Assembly (NCBI GenBank): GCA_020354945.1
Contig: CP070655.1
Location: 398,989 to 414,939, forward strand
DNA from: Candidatus Omnitrophota bacterium
GTDB lineage: Bacteria > Omnitrophota > Gorgyraeia > JABMRG01 > JAFGKX01
Length of the DNA: 15,951 nt
Direction: 5' to 3'
A model generated the notes under the pieces. The model was not told where the DNA came from. It did not search any database and saw nothing but the letters and a program-made list of their open reading frames with translations. Position numbers and translations under genes: made by a program. Below, one piece after another: positions 15,282 through 15,951 of the stretch. The first letter of the stretch is position 1; each line of letters starts with the position of its first letter.

Positions 15282-15886
15282 TATTGTTCCTTATGGGCCC
15301 TGGCTATATTTGTGCAGTGTCTGGCGATATTTCCTGTAAAATCGAGCATATCAAAATACATATTTGCCGCTCTTGGCTCGCATATACCTTTAGCCAGGCG
15401 CTTCATATGCTCAGTTCTATATTTTTCTATCAATTCTTTAATCTCATCACCGTTTTTTAAAATCATATCTAAGAGTTCTATCTTTTCCTCATCTAAAAAC
15501 TTCATGGTTAAATCCAGCGACCGGCGCATTTTTTCAAAAACTTCCTTGTACTGCTCTATGCCCAGTTCACTGAATAATAATTTCTCCGCAACCTTAATTT
15601 CAATTCGTTCAATTAAAGAACGGAATTCATCACCCATACGCTCTATATTTTGGGCAGTCTGACCCAGTATAACAAATTCTTTTTGTCCTTTTTTATCAAA
15701 TGCCTTGGAACCCTGTATGATATTGGCGGTTACCTCTTTTTCTAAATCATCGATTATGCGCTCTTTGTTCAAAGCACTGTTTAAATAATGGGCATCATTT
15801 TCCATAAGGCCTTGATAAACAAAATTGGCCATATCAGTGATAGCCTTGGACATCTGTTTTAAGGATGTTTTAATAACGTCTTTCAC
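15281..15886 (-). CDS. Stand-alone PhoU-domain protein resembling the cytoplasmic domain of Na+/Pi cotransporters
   Basis: GTG start with AAGGAG RBS. Two helical repeats: E..IDDLEKE..NIERMGD, and H..RL..G.C...A...Y.D.L....NIARHC.NI. No TM segment. Confidence 0.75.
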   Translation of the reverse strand: MKDVIKTSLKQMSKAITDMANFVYQGLMENDAHYLNSALNKERIIDDLEKEVTANIIQGSKAFDKKGQKEFVILGQTAQNIERMGDEFRSLIERIEIKVAEKLLFSELGIEQYKEVFEKMRRSLDLTMKFLDEEKIELLDMILKNGDEIKELIEKYRTEHMKRLAKGICEPRAANMYFDMLDFTGNIARHCTNIARAHKEQ

Positions 15887-15951
15887 TTTAATTTCTCCTT
15901 TAATTTTTCGGTCTTTTTCTGAGAAAGCTTAATCAGGTCTTCTCCGTTATA
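15883..15951 (-). CDS. Partial CDS (C-terminus), possibly the tail of the [NiFe]-hydrogenase large subunit
   Basis: Open frame YNGEDLIKLSQKKTEKLKEKLK* whose TGA overlaps the next GTG (GTGA). The DLIKLS..KT segment resembles, from memory, MbhL-type C-terminal extensions. The identity rests mainly on context. Confidence 0.45.
   Translation of the reverse strand, partial: YNGEDLIKLSQKKTEKLKEKLK

Noticed and set aside
1142-15662. All plus-strand ORFs in the track (e.g. 6117-6521, 12693-13013, 15312-15662) and minus-strand 9633-9821
   Set aside because: They are shadows of well-supported minus-strand genes and show no recognisable motifs.
1-15951. CRISPR arrays, tRNA/rRNA genes, transposases or integrases
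   Set aside because: None seen. Intergenic gaps are all under about 150 nt and are explained by the features above.

Overview
AT-rich prokaryotic window in which every supportable gene lies on the minus strand. The gene content suggests an anaerobe; the taxon cannot be determined from the sequence. From 15951 down to about 4782 runs one tightly coupled operon for an Mrp-antiporter-linked group 4 [NiFe]-hydrogenase-type complex. Its order is: 3' end of a probable large subunit, a stand-alone PhoU-domain protein, a NuoL/MrpA-like subunit, DUF4040/MrpA C-terminal part, mrpB-C-D-E-F-G, a NuoI/HycF-like ferredoxin, hycI, hypA-F-C-D-E and a small membrane protein. The most striking feature is a stripped-down maturation set: HypA has no zinc finger and no Cys, HypF is only the Kae1-like domain, HypD is N-terminally trimmed, and hypB is absent from the cluster. 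The NuoL-like subunit also lacks its first ~66 residues and the conserved TM5 glutamate. Downstream are a CDF transporter, flavin reductase, CutA (with an in-frame GC-rich palindromic insertion), DUF3795-like and cyclophilin-like genes. This block is bracketed by an intact nitroreductase and a frameshifted remnant of its 5' end. A beta-CASP nuclease follows, then the start of a ribbon-helix-helix regulator with a palindrome overlapping its promoter.
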